Shown here in pieces: positions 28,880 to 37,666 of a DNA stretch of 64,000 nucleotides. The notes below the pieces were generated by a model that searched no databases, had not been told where the DNA came from, and saw nothing but the letters and a program-made list of their open reading frames with translations. Numbering within the stretch: the first letter of the stretch is position 1; each line of letters starts with the position of its first letter. The stretch spans positions 1,218,370 through 1,282,369 of the forward strand of contig CAWGLY010000005.1 of NCBI GenBank assembly GCA_963823505.1, read 5' to 3'. This DNA comes from an uncultured Acidimicrobiia bacterium. GTDB taxonomy: Bacteria > Actinomycetota > Acidimicrobiia > Spongiisociales > UBA5794. Made by a program: the position numbers and the translations under genes.

Positions 28880-29857
28880 TCACGGCATCCGGGAGAACCA
28901 CAGCAGGCTACCGGCAGCAGCCAGCAATGTCAGCACCAGACCCGCCCCCGCAAACCAATCAGTGATCTCGCGGGTCTCCTCCTCGAGCGCGACGCGCGAC
29001 CCGAGATCGTCGAGAATGGCCCCGAGCTCGTCGGCAGTGGCAGCTTCGAAGAACTCACCACCGGTGACTTCCGCCACCTCGCGGAGCGCCCCCTCGTTGA
29101 CAGGGACGGGGATGACCTCGCCCTCGATCGTGACCTCACCGCGCGGGGTGCCGAACGAGACCGTCGAAACCGGGATCCCGGCATCCGCAGCTTCTTGCGC
29201 AGCCTCGAGGTCCGGCCGGCCCATCGTCGTCTCACCGTCGGACAGCACGACGATGGCCGTCGCCGGGTCCTCAGAGCTCTCGTCGCCGGTGCTCTCGTCT
29301 TCGGCTTGGCGTTGGTCGAGGCGGTTGACGAGCAGCGCAACCGAGGTGGCGATGCCTTCGCCGATGGCGGTTCCTTCACCCAGCTCCAGCCGTTCGATCG
29401 CTCGCAGCGCCGACGCCCGATCCGTGGTCGGCGACAGCACTGGGATCGCGGTGCCGGCAAACGCCACGATCCCGATCTCCAGATCCTCCGGCGCCAGCTC
29501 GACGAAGCTCCGCGCCGCCTCCTGAGCGGCAACGATCCGGGTGGGATCGACGTCGTCCGCTTCCATCGACAGAGACACGTCAACGGCGACGGTGACGGTC
29601 GCCTGCTCCCGCGGCACGGTGACCGCAGTTGCGGGTCGCGCCACGGCGAGTACCAGCACGACGAGACCTGCCAGCAGCGCAACCGCAGGAAGATGCCTGC
29701 GCCACCCGGGCCGGTCGGGGGCAACCTTGTCGAGCAGCGCGAGATTGGTGAAGCGAACCGCGTACTGCTCGCGGCGCCGCAACGACGCCAGATAGACGAT
29801 GGCGGCGAGAGCAGGAAGCACGAGGAGCAGCAGCCGTGACGGCTCGAGGAAGGTCAT
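28880..29857 (-). CDS. vWA domain membrane protein (BatA-like)
   Basis: Two N-terminal TM segments, then vWA with MIDAS VAVDVSLSM and VVLSDGETT. Start MTFLEPSRLL (29857) overlaps the DUF58 stop (ATGA). Confidence 0.7.
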   Translation of the reverse strand: MTFLEPSRLLLLVLPALAAIVYLASLRRREQYAVRFTNLALLDKVAPDRPGWRRHLPAVALLAGLVVLVLAVARPATAVTVPREQATVTVAVDVSLSMEADDVDPTRIVAAQEAARSFVELAPEDLEIGIVAFAGTAIPVLSPTTDRASALRAIERLELGEGTAIGEGIATSVALLVNRLDQRQAEDESTGDESSEDPATAIVVLSDGETTMGRPDLEAAQEAADAGIPVSTVSFGTPRGEVTIEGEVIPVPVNEGALREVAEVTGGEFFEAATADELGAILDDLGSRVALEEETREITDWFAGAGLVLTLLAAAGSLLWFSRMP

Positions 29858-30750
29858 GGCTTCCTTCCCGAGGTTTGACCGCTGCGGCGGAGAACGATGT
29901 GGCGGATCAGATCCGCAACCCAATCCCGGTCGGTGCGGAGGACAAGATGGTCCGCGCCGGTGCTGCGAATCTGGCGACGGTTGTCCTCACGTTGCAGTGC
30001 AGCTGCCTCGGCATACTCGCCGCGCAAAGACCCCGATGCCGTGTCGACGAAGCGGCGCCGCCCGGTCTCCGGATCAACCATCGTGATGATGCCGACATCT
30101 GGCAGTTCCAGCTCGCGGGGGTCGAGTACCTCGATGGCGAGCACGTCGTGATGCGATGCGAGGCCGCGCAGGGCCTTGGGCCATGGCCCGCTGTCGAGGA
30201 AGTCCGACACCACTGCGACAAATCCCCTGCGTTTGGCGACCCGCTCTGCGGCGGCGAGCGCGGTGCTCAGATCCGCCGAGCCTGCGTCTCGCTCAACGCT
30301 GTGGAACTTGGCCAGGAGTGCCATCAGGTGGGTCCGACCGGTGCGGGGCCGCATCCAGTCGGTGGTTTCGCCTCCGGCGACCAGCCCGCCAATGCGGTTG
30401 CCGCCCCTCGCCACCAGGAAGCCGAGGGCGGCTGCGGCGGCAAGCGCCGTGTCGCGCTTCTCCTCCCGAGCGGTGCCGAACGACATCGACGCACTCATGT
30501 CCACCACCAGCGTCGTCTCCAGCTCGCGGTCGGCAATCGTGTCGCGCACATGGGGGGCTGCGGTCCGCGCCGTCACGTTCCAGTCGATCCGCCTGACATC
30601 GTCGCCCGCCTGATACACGCGTGCCTCACCCGCATCAAAGCCGTGCCCCGGAAGCAGACCTCGATAGTCCCCCTGGAGGATCCCATCGAGTCTTCTGAGG
30701 ACCGTGAGCTCCAGGCTGCGCAGAGCAGCTTGGCGCCGAGTGTCGATCAT
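29854..30750 (-). CDS. DUF58 domain protein
   Basis: 298 aa with GDYRGLLPGHGFDAGEARVYQAGDDVRRIDWNVTAR, typical of DUF58. Start overlaps the MoxR stop. Confidence 0.7.
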   Translation of the reverse strand: MIDTRRQAALRSLELTVLRRLDGILQGDYRGLLPGHGFDAGEARVYQAGDDVRRIDWNVTARTAAPHVRDTIADRELETTLVVDMSASMSFGTAREEKRDTALAAAAALGFLVARGGNRIGGLVAGGETTDWMRPRTGRTHLMALLAKFHSVERDAGSADLSTALAAAERVAKRRGFVAVVSDFLDSGPWPKALRGLASHHDVLAIEVLDPRELELPDVGIITMVDPETGRRRFVDTASGSLRGEYAEAAALQREDNRRQIRSTGADHLVLRTDRDWVADLIRHIVLRRSGQTSGRKP

Positions 30751-32012
30751 GGCGTTTCGTGGGTTTCGGTCGCGGCTACTTCTTCGGGCCCGGCGGCGAC
30801 AGGCTGCTCGAGGGTGTCGGTGATCTCCGTCGCCGTCGCCGCAACCTGAGCCACAGGATCGGCAGGCGCCGCAGACGGCGGCCCGACCTCACCGGCCGGC
30901 TCGTCCTCGAGGGGCGGAGCGTCCGGCAGCGTACCGGCGGTGGGGGCAGCAGGCACCTCGGCCGCCACCGGAGGTGGTGCGGGTGCACGCGTCGGCACCG
31001 GGGCTCCCCAGTGAGTGGCAGCGTGGTGCTCGGAGACGGTGATGCGGGGAGCAGGCAGTTTCGACAGCAACTCGACGAGAACGTCGTCGACGGTGACGCC
31101 GTCTGCCAGCGCCTCGTACGACAACACGACTCGGTGATTCAGCACGTCATACGCAATCTCGTAGACATCCTGCGGGAGGGCGTAGCTGCGTCCCCGCAGC
31201 ACGGCCATCGCCGACGCACCGCGGATCAGCGCAATGCTGGCGCGGGGGCTTGCGCCATATTCGAGCAAGCCGTCGAGTTGGCCCATGCCAACGTCCGTCG
31301 GACGGCGTGTCGCCGTGACGATCCGCAGCGCATAATCCACGACCTTCTGGTCGATGAAGATCTGACTCGTCGCCTGCTGCATCGCGATCACGTCGGCTGG
31401 ATCGAGAATGGCGTCGGCCGTCGAGGAGAGGACGTCCATACGCCGGACGATCTCGCGCTCTTCGTCGATGCTCGGATAGCCAACCGGCACCCGCATCATG
31501 AAACGATCGCGCTGCGCCTCAGGTAGGGGATAGACGCCTTCGGATTCGATCGGGTTCTGTGTTGCCATGACCAGGAATGGCGACGGAGCTTCGAAGGTGC
31601 GATCACCGATCGTCACCTGATGCTCCGCCATCACCTCGAGCATGGCGGCTTGCACCTTGGCCGGGGCACGGTTGATCTCATCTGCCAGCACGAAGTTCGC
31701 CAGTACGGGGCCCGGCTCCACGTCGAAACGCTCCTGGGAGGCGAGGTAGATACGGGTACCTGTGATGTCACTGGGCAGCAGGTCCGGCGTGAACTGGATG
31801 CGGGAGAACCGGCCGCCGAGGACGCGGGCCATCGTCGACAGCGTCAGCGTCTTGCCGAGGCCGGGAACGCCCTCGAGGAGGCAGTGACCTCCGGCCAGCA
31901 GGGCCACCATGAGCCGTTCGAGCACCCGATCCTGGCCGACAACCACCCGGCGCATCTCGAACATTGCCTGTTCGAGCTGTGCTGAGCGCTTTGCGAGTTC
32001 GTCGATCATCAA
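30747..32012 (-). CDS. MoxR-like AAA+ ATPase with about 100-aa Pro/Ala-rich C-terminal extension
   Basis: GHCLLEGVPGLGKT Walker A, DEINRAPAKVQAAMLEVMAE Walker B and sensor region. C-terminal tail APAPPPVAAEVPAAPTAGTLPDAPP... is low-complexity. Confidence 0.85.
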   Translation of the reverse strand: MMIDELAKRSAQLEQAMFEMRRVVVGQDRVLERLMVALLAGGHCLLEGVPGLGKTLTLSTMARVLGGRFSRIQFTPDLLPSDITGTRIYLASQERFDVEPGPVLANFVLADEINRAPAKVQAAMLEVMAEHQVTIGDRTFEAPSPFLVMATQNPIESEGVYPLPEAQRDRFMMRVPVGYPSIDEEREIVRRMDVLSSTADAILDPADVIAMQQATSQIFIDQKVVDYALRIVTATRRPTDVGMGQLDGLLEYGASPRASIALIRGASAMAVLRGRSYALPQDVYEIAYDVLNHRVVLSYEALADGVTVDDVLVELLSKLPAPRITVSEHHAATHWGAPVPTRAPAPPPVAAEVPAAPTAGTLPDAPPLEDEPAGEVGPPSAAPADPVAQVAATATEITDTLEQPVAAGPEEVAATETHETP

Positions 32013-33388
32013 CCTTCCCCTTGAAACAAGTCGAATAGGTCATTGAGCGAGCCGTCGCCGTTCTCGCCGAGCAGCATCTGCAGGAGGAGGTCCATCATCT
32101 CCGGCGTGAGGAAGTCCTCCGCACCGCCGCCGAGGTTGGGATCGGCGAACTGGTCGAGCAACCCCTCGAGGTCGCCGCCACTGAGCAGGTCGTCGAGCAG
32201 CTGGTTGAGATCACCGTCACCCAACAAGCCGTCCAAATCGCCATTGCCGCCCAGCAGGTCGTCGAGCAGCTGATTGAGATCACCGTCACCCAACAAGCCG
32301 TCCAAGCCACCGCCGCCGAGCAGCTCGTCGAGCAGTCCGCCGAGCTCAGGCGGGACCAGGCCTGGGGTGTCGAATAGCCCACCGACACCGGGGTCGAGGG
32401 AGTCAGGCTGCGGGTTGGAGCCGGTGAACCCCGAGGCGATCTCGACGGCCTTGTCGATACCGACCGCAAAGCCGAGTCCGTCACTGCCGCCCGATGCGGA
32501 TGCGATGGCGACGTTCACTCCAATGACCCGGCCCTGGCGGTCCGCAAGCGGCCCCCCCGAGTTGCCCTGGTTGATGGGGGCGTCGGTTTGAATGAGTCCG
32601 TCGAGCAGGGTCCCGCCGACCCGCAGCTCGCGGTCGACGGCAGAGACCACGCCGGACGTCACCGATTGCTCGAAACCGAGCGGGCTGCCGATGGCCACGG
32701 CGAGCTGCCCCACCTGGGGCGTTTCGCCGAGGGCGAGGACGGCCGGCGGCACATCGCTGTCAATAGCCACGACGGCTATGTCGGCGACCGGATCACCGCC
32801 AAGAACGGTACCGGTGAGCTGTTGCCCGTCGGAGGTACGGATGGTGACTTCATCGGCGCCGGCAACAACGTGAGCCGCCGTCAATACCCGGCCGTCCTGA
32901 TAGACGAAACCAGAGCCGATTTCCCCGAAGGCACCCGCACGTTCGATCTGCACCACGGAGGGGAGGAGCTCGACGGCGACTGCGGCCACTGGCTCATCCA
33001 CGTTGTCCAGGACGCCCGTATCGGCGATGAGGGCGTCCACCTGAGCGTCGTCGGACCAGGGAGACCACGCAAACACGATCGCTATGAGCCCGATCACCGC
33101 AGCAACGCCGACCACCCATCCCCATACACCACGATCGCTTTCGGCAGGTGCGTCGGGGGAGTGCGGCGGCGGGGCAAGCGGTTCGGGTTCGGTGATGGGA
33201 AGAGGCACGGTATCGACCGTGGCCGCCGCTTCCGGAGTCGCCGCTGCGACGGGATCGATCACATCGGACTCCGGGGGTGCGTCGGGCAAATCCCGCCAGG
33301 ACCTTCCTGTGCTGATGTGTCCGTCTGTGTCCAAAGTCATACGCGCGGCCTCCGCATCGACGTGCTCGTGCACCGTATGCGCCGGCAC
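32009..33388 (-). CDS. Trypsin-like (S1C/HtrA-family) serine protease with N-terminal TM anchor and repetitive acidic C-terminal tail instead of PDZ
   Basis: TAAHVV (His), DIAVV (Asp) and GNSGGPL (Ser) catalytic triad. C-terminus made of LLGDGDLNQLLDDLLGG repeats. Stop overlaps the MoxR start. Confidence 0.75.
   Translation of the reverse strand: MPAHTVHEHVDAEAARMTLDTDGHISTGRSWRDLPDAPPESDVIDPVAAATPEAAATVDTVPLPITEPEPLAPPPHSPDAPAESDRGVWGWVVGVAAVIGLIAIVFAWSPWSDDAQVDALIADTGVLDNVDEPVAAVAVELLPSVVQIERAGAFGEIGSGFVYQDGRVLTAAHVVAGADEVTIRTSDGQQLTGTVLGGDPVADIAVVAIDSDVPPAVLALGETPQVGQLAVAIGSPLGFEQSVTSGVVSAVDRELRVGGTLLDGLIQTDAPINQGNSGGPLADRQGRVIGVNVAIASASGGSDGLGFAVGIDKAVEIASGFTGSNPQPDSLDPGVGGLFDTPGLVPPELGGLLDELLGGGGLDGLLGDGDLNQLLDDLLGGNGDLDGLLGDGDLNQLLDDLLSGGDLEGLLDQFADPNLGGGAEDFLTPEMMDLLLQMLLGENGDGSLNDLFDLFQGEG
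32186..32323. repeat. 2 x 69-bp near-identical tandem repeat inside the protease gene (23-aa protein repeat)
   Basis: caggtcgtcgagcagctgRttgagatcaccgtcacccaacaagccgtccaa appears at 32186 and 32255. Confidence 0.8.
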
Positions 33389-33454
33389 GTAAAGCCGCCG
33401 TTAAGAGCCGCAGCGGGCGGGCGAATCTCTCTGGGGACGCGTCGCCAAAGCGGC

Positions 33455-33565
33455 CGCGCGGATAGGGCAACTGTCGTCTCGCCGGACGAAGAGAGACTAT
33501 CGCTCCGGCCCCGGCATCAGCGGCCGGCTCGCCACGAGGCTCGCCTATCCGCTGAACCTCTGAGC
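33455..33565. repeat. Structured non-coding element, copy A
   Basis: About 111 bp bounded by CGGATAGG...CCTATCCG with internal stems (GCCGGAC...TCCGGC; GAGGCTC...GAGCCT). About 85% identical to copy B at 33732-33870. Confidence 0.5.
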
Positions 33566-33731
33566 CTGGATCCACCGATTCATGGAGGCGGTCGCCCGGT
33601 AGTTGCACCCGCCACATGTGTTGCGCCATTTCGACATTCCCCGGGCGTGACGACGGTGATCCAACCGCAGCGTGCACGGGCACCGGCTGCCGGGCGACCC
33701 AGCCGATTCGAACGGTGGATTCAGGCTTAGG

Positions 33732-33870
33732 AGCCGCGCGGAGAGGGCAAGCTGTCGTCTCGCCGGACAAAGAGATACTGTCCGCTCCTGCCGTTCGGGC
33801 GGGCCGCTCAGGCCCCGGCATCAGCGGCCGACTCGCCAAGAGGCTCACCTATCCGCTGAGCCTCTATGCC
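33732..33870. repeat. Structured non-coding element, copy B (with 27-bp insertion)
   Basis: gccgcgcggaGagggcaaGctgtcgtctcgccggacAaagaga... through ...cctatccgctgagcctc. Overlaps the last codons and stop of the histidine kinase gene. Confidence 0.5.
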
Positions 33871-35096
33871 GGCGGTGCAAACGGGTCGAAGAGTGGATGG
33901 ACACCATCGTCGGTGATCGTGGCCACATCGGCATCAACGTCGTGCGGGAGCCACAGGACAAAGGCGGCACCGGCGCCTCGCACCGAGCGCACGGTCAGCG
34001 CCCCACGGTGGGCGTCGGCGATCTGACGCGCAATCGCCAGCCCCAGCCCGGAACGGCCTTCCGTCTGAAGGCTGGTGTCGTCGTTGCTCCAGTAGCGCTG
34101 GAATACGGCAGCGTGATCGCGGGGATCGATGCCGGGGCCCTCGTCCTCGACGCCGACCCACGCAAACGAACCGTGAACTCCTGACCCGATTCGCAACGTC
34201 GACCCCTGTCGAGTGAGCCTGACGGCATTGTTGACGAGGTTGGCGACCACTCGCTTGATGGCGCTGCGGTCGCCATCGACAACGGCCCCGTCACCCAGCA
34301 GGTCGATGCCGAGAGCCGCGTTTTCGATCGGGCCCTGATACTCCCCCACAACCTCATGAAGCACCTCGTCGAGGGCAATCGGCTGACGCGCCGACTCGGG
34401 TACCTCCGTCCCGGCGAACAGTACGAGGTCGTCGACGGTGCGAGCCGCCCGATCCACGGACCGCCGTACCACGGCAGCTGTCTCGCGTAGCTCGGCCGCG
34501 CCCGCGTCAGGATCCGAGAGCACGACATCGAGGTTCGTCGCCATCACGGCGAGCGGATTGCGGAGCTCATGTGACGTGTCCTGGATGAACTCGCGCTGCC
34601 GATCAACTCCCGCCTCTACACGATCGAGCATTGCATCGAACGTGTCGGCAAGCTCGCGCAGCTCGTCGTCGGGGCCGCCGAGGTCGATGCGGCGGGACAG
34701 GTCGGTGGCCTGGATCTCTTTGGCGACCCCGGTGATCCGACCGATGGGGGCAAGCGCTCGATCTGCGATCAGCCAGCCGGCGGCAATCGAAGCAGGGAAG
34801 AGCCCGAGAATCGCCCACATCGAAAACCTGCGAAGGTTCTCCAGGGCGCGCTCGTTGACGGCCTGCTCGAAGCTCACCATCTCGTACTGCTGGGCGAACG
34901 TGATGGGATCCGCATCTCGGCGAACGAACGTGGTGTACAGAATCTGGCGCGAGACGGGCTGATCGTCGAGGGACTGGGACAAGCCATAGTTCACCCCGGC
35001 GATCACGAGGAAGGCGAGCCCAAAAACCACCAGCGAGTGCGTCAACGCCAGCCGGAACCGGATCGAGCGGAAGAACGCCAGCGTGCGTTCGCTCAC
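33864..35096 (-). CDS. Sensor histidine kinase (TM-HAMP-HisKA-HATPase_c)
   Basis: H-box SHELRNPL; N (NLVNNAVR), G1 (DEGPGI) and G2 (GLGLAI) boxes. Confidence 0.85.
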   Translation of the reverse strand: MSERTLAFFRSIRFRLALTHSLVVFGLAFLVIAGVNYGLSQSLDDQPVSRQILYTTFVRRDADPITFAQQYEMVSFEQAVNERALENLRRFSMWAILGLFPASIAAGWLIADRALAPIGRITGVAKEIQATDLSRRIDLGGPDDELRELADTFDAMLDRVEAGVDRQREFIQDTSHELRNPLAVMATNLDVVLSDPDAGAAELRETAAVVRRSVDRAARTVDDLVLFAGTEVPESARQPIALDEVLHEVVGEYQGPIENAALGIDLLGDGAVVDGDRSAIKRVVANLVNNAVRLTRQGSTLRIGSGVHGSFAWVGVEDEGPGIDPRDHAAVFQRYWSNDDTSLQTEGRSGLGLAIARQIADAHRGALTVRSVRGAGAAFVLWLPHDVDADVATITDDGVHPLFDPFAPPA

Positions 35097-35779
35097 GGTG
35101 ACTCGACCAGGCGGTACCCGGCGCCGACGACCGTGCCGATCGCATCTTCTGCACCGGTCTCGCGGAGCTTGCGGCGCAGATTGCTGACGGTCACCCGCAC
35201 GGTGTTGGTGAACGGGTCGGCGTGCTCATCCCAAACGTGCTCCAGGAGCCGTTCTGCGGAGAGGACTTCGCCGGCGTGGAGCATGAAGTACCGCAGCAGC
35301 GCAAACTCCTTGGCGGTGAGGTCCATCGCCTGATTCCGATACCACGCCTCTCGTTTGGCGGCATCGAGCGCCAGGTCACCGACTTCCAGTCGGGCACCCC
35401 GCGAGGCCACGTCACGCCGCGCCAGAGCACGCAGCCGTGCCAGCAGCTCGGGAAACGCAAACGGCTTCACGAGATAGTCATCCGCGCCGTCGTCAAGCCC
35501 GCCGACGCGGTCTTCGAGCGAATCGCGCGCGGTCAACATGAGCACGCGCGGTTCGCTGCCGTCCAGGACTTCGCCGTTGCGGACCCGGCGACACACTTCG
35601 CGGCCGTCCATGTCCGGGAGATTCAGGTCCAGGCACACCAAGTCGTATGCGCTGACGGCGAGCTTGTCCACCGCGTCGGCGCCGTCGGGCGCAAGGTCAA
35701 CGGCATATCCCTCGCGCCGCAAGCCCACCGCAATCGCTTGCGCGAGATCAGGCTCGTCCTCAACCACGAGAATCCGCAT
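35093..35779 (-). CDS. OmpR-family response regulator
   Basis: MRILVVEDE...D (receiver) plus winged-helix C-terminus (LTAKEFALLRYF...). Start at 35779 with GGAGG upstream. Overlaps the kinase start by 4 bp. Confidence 0.85.
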   Translation of the reverse strand: MRILVVEDEPDLAQAIAVGLRREGYAVDLAPDGADAVDKLAVSAYDLVCLDLNLPDMDGREVCRRVRNGEVLDGSEPRVLMLTARDSLEDRVGGLDDGADDYLVKPFAFPELLARLRALARRDVASRGARLEVGDLALDAAKREAWYRNQAMDLTAKEFALLRYFMLHAGEVLSAERLLEHVWDEHADPFTNTVRVTVSNLRRKLRETGAEDAIGTVVGAGYRLVESP

Positions 35780-35865
35780 TGCGCCTCCGAGACCTTCTGA
35801 ATGTGGTTCTGCAAGGGTAAAGCGATCGGGGCCCTTTCCCGCCACTGCGGCACTAGCGTCTCCGC

Positions 35866-36780
35866 ATGCGCCCCTTCTCCGTCACCTTGCTGGCCTGTGT
35901 GCTCGTCCTCGCTGCGTGCTCAACGTCGTCCGGCGACGGTTCGAGCAGCAGCATCGCCTCGGGTCCGAGCACAACCGGCGGCGGCACGGAAGCACCACCG
36001 GCTGCATCGGCACCGTCGAATACGACGACGCCGCCTCCGCCGGGCGAGACCGTTGCCGTCGATGCAGTCCTCGACGGAGACTCGCTCGCCGTGATCCGCA
36101 ACGGCCGGCGCACCGAGGTCCGATTGGCCGGCATCAACACCCCCGAGCGCGACGAGTGCTTCGGCGACCAGGCCAGAGAGCTGTTGCAGTCGGTCGTCAC
36201 CGACGAGGTGATCCTGGTCCCGGTCGAGGGAGAAGATGACGAAGACCAGTTCGGCCGGCTACTGCGGGACGTGTGGGTCGGCGGCACATGGATCAACGCA
36301 ATGATGGTCGAGCAGGGAGCTGCGATCGCACTCCAAACCGGGACGCCGAACGAGCCCCGGCTGCTCGCCGCTGAAGATGCGGCATGGCGCGATGGCCGCG
36401 GGCTTTGGGGCTCAGCCGTGTGTGGTGACATCGTCGAAGGTGTGCAGATCACCGACGTTCGCTACGACCCACCCGGCCGCGATTTCGAGAACACCGACGA
36501 GGAGTACGTCGTCGTGGAGAACCGCGGAACCAAGGCGGTGACGATGAGCAGCTGGATATTGCGCGACGAGTCGTCCACCCACCGGTTCCGTTTCGCCGAT
36601 GGCTTTGCGCTGCAACCCGGAGCGGCCGTACGGATACGTACCGGCTGCGGCACGAGCGACACCCGGGATCTCTATTGGTGCGCCGACGATGCGGTCTGGT
36701 CGAACGGCGGCGATTCGGTGATCCTCCAGACGCCAGGCGGGACCGTCGTCGACCGCTGGAAATACCAAGGCGACTTCTAG
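35866..36780 (+). CDS. Secreted lipoprotein: thermonuclease (SNase-like) domain fused to C-terminal lamin-tail-like (LTD) domain
   Basis: Lipobox LVLAACS and Ser/Gly/Thr/Pro linker. SNase core (VDGDSLAV...RLAGINTPE...GRLLRDVW). C-terminal EYVVVENRGTKAVTMSSWILRDES...WSNGGDSVILQTPGGTVVD resembles LTD. Confidence 0.6.
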   Translation: MRPFSVTLLACVLVLAACSTSSGDGSSSSIASGPSTTGGGTEAPPAASAPSNTTTPPPPGETVAVDAVLDGDSLAVIRNGRRTEVRLAGINTPERDECFGDQARELLQSVVTDEVILVPVEGEDDEDQFGRLLRDVWVGGTWINAMMVEQGAAIALQTGTPNEPRLLAAEDAAWRDGRGLWGSAVCGDIVEGVQITDVRYDPPGRDFENTDEEYVVVENRGTKAVTMSSWILRDESSTHRFRFADGFALQPGAAVRIRTGCGTSDTRDLYWCADDAVWSNGGDSVILQTPGGTVVDRWKYQGDF

Positions 36781-36874
36781 CAACGATCGCCGCCCTTCCC
36801 CTCCCCTTGCGGGAGGCGCCGGAGGCGGGGAGGGTCGCGACGTGACACCACCCACCATTGCCCCTGGCGATCGT

Positions 36875-37630
36875 TCACATCGCGGTGAATCCGGCGTCGA
36901 CTATGAGGCCGTGGCCGGTGACGTAGGAGGCTTCGTCGCTCACCAGGAACAGCGCCGCCTCAGCGACCTCGGCGGGGAGACCCTGCCGGCGCATCGGGAT
37001 GAACGTGTCGACCATGGCGGCGTGTGCGTCGCGGTCGTCGATCAGTGGGTCGTTGAACGGGGTGTCGATCCAACCTGGGCACACACAATTGACCCTGATC
37101 CCTTCTCCGGCAAGGTCGAGCGCCAGCGCCTTGGCCAGCATCAGGACGCCGCCCTTCGATGCGACGTAGGCGGCGTCGTTCTGTTCGGCCACCAGGGATG
37201 CGGTCGACCCGGTGAGCAGAATGGCACCGCCGCCCGACGCCCTGATCGCAGGGATGGCGTACTTGGCCGTGAGGAAGCCGCCGGTGAGATTGACGTCGAG
37301 ATGCGTCTGCCACGTGTCGAGCGGCATGTCTTCGACCGTGCCGGCGATCAAGACGCCCGCATTGCTGAACAGGATGTGCAGACCGCCGAACCGGGCAACG
37401 GTTGTGGTGACCATCGCAGCGACAGAGTCCGGATCCGTCACATCGACGGGAAGAGCAACCGCCGAGCCCCCCGCCGCTCTGATGCGCTCGGCCGTCTCCT
37501 CGGCTGCCTCGGTGCGGATGTCGGCAACCACCACGTTGGCGCCTTCTCCGGCGAAGCGATGCGCCGAGGCGGCACCTATCCCCGAGGCGGCGCCGGTGAT
37601 GATGGCCACTTTGGCGTCGAGTCGTCCCAT
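36875..37630 (-). CDS. SDR-family oxidoreductase
   Basis: TGAASGIG cofactor motif; catalytic S...YxxxK (YVASKGG). Confidence 0.85.
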   Translation of the reverse strand: MGRLDAKVAIITGAASGIGAASAHRFAGEGANVVVADIRTEAAEETAERIRAAGGSAVALPVDVTDPDSVAAMVTTTVARFGGLHILFSNAGVLIAGTVEDMPLDTWQTHLDVNLTGGFLTAKYAIPAIRASGGGAILLTGSTASLVAEQNDAAYVASKGGVLMLAKALALDLAGEGIRVNCVCPGWIDTPFNDPLIDDRDAHAAMVDTFIPMRRQGLPAEVAEAALFLVSDEASYVTGHGLIVDAGFTAM

Positions 37631-37666
37631 TTCGCTCCTCGCTGCGCCGGTGGCGCGTCGTACCGA

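Noticed and set aside
33616-34184. Plus-strand ORFs (136 and 170 aa) spanning structured-repeat copy B and the histidine kinase 3' end
   Set aside because: They overlap the well-supported histidine kinase on the other strand and have Arg/Gly-rich composition. They were treated as non-coding.
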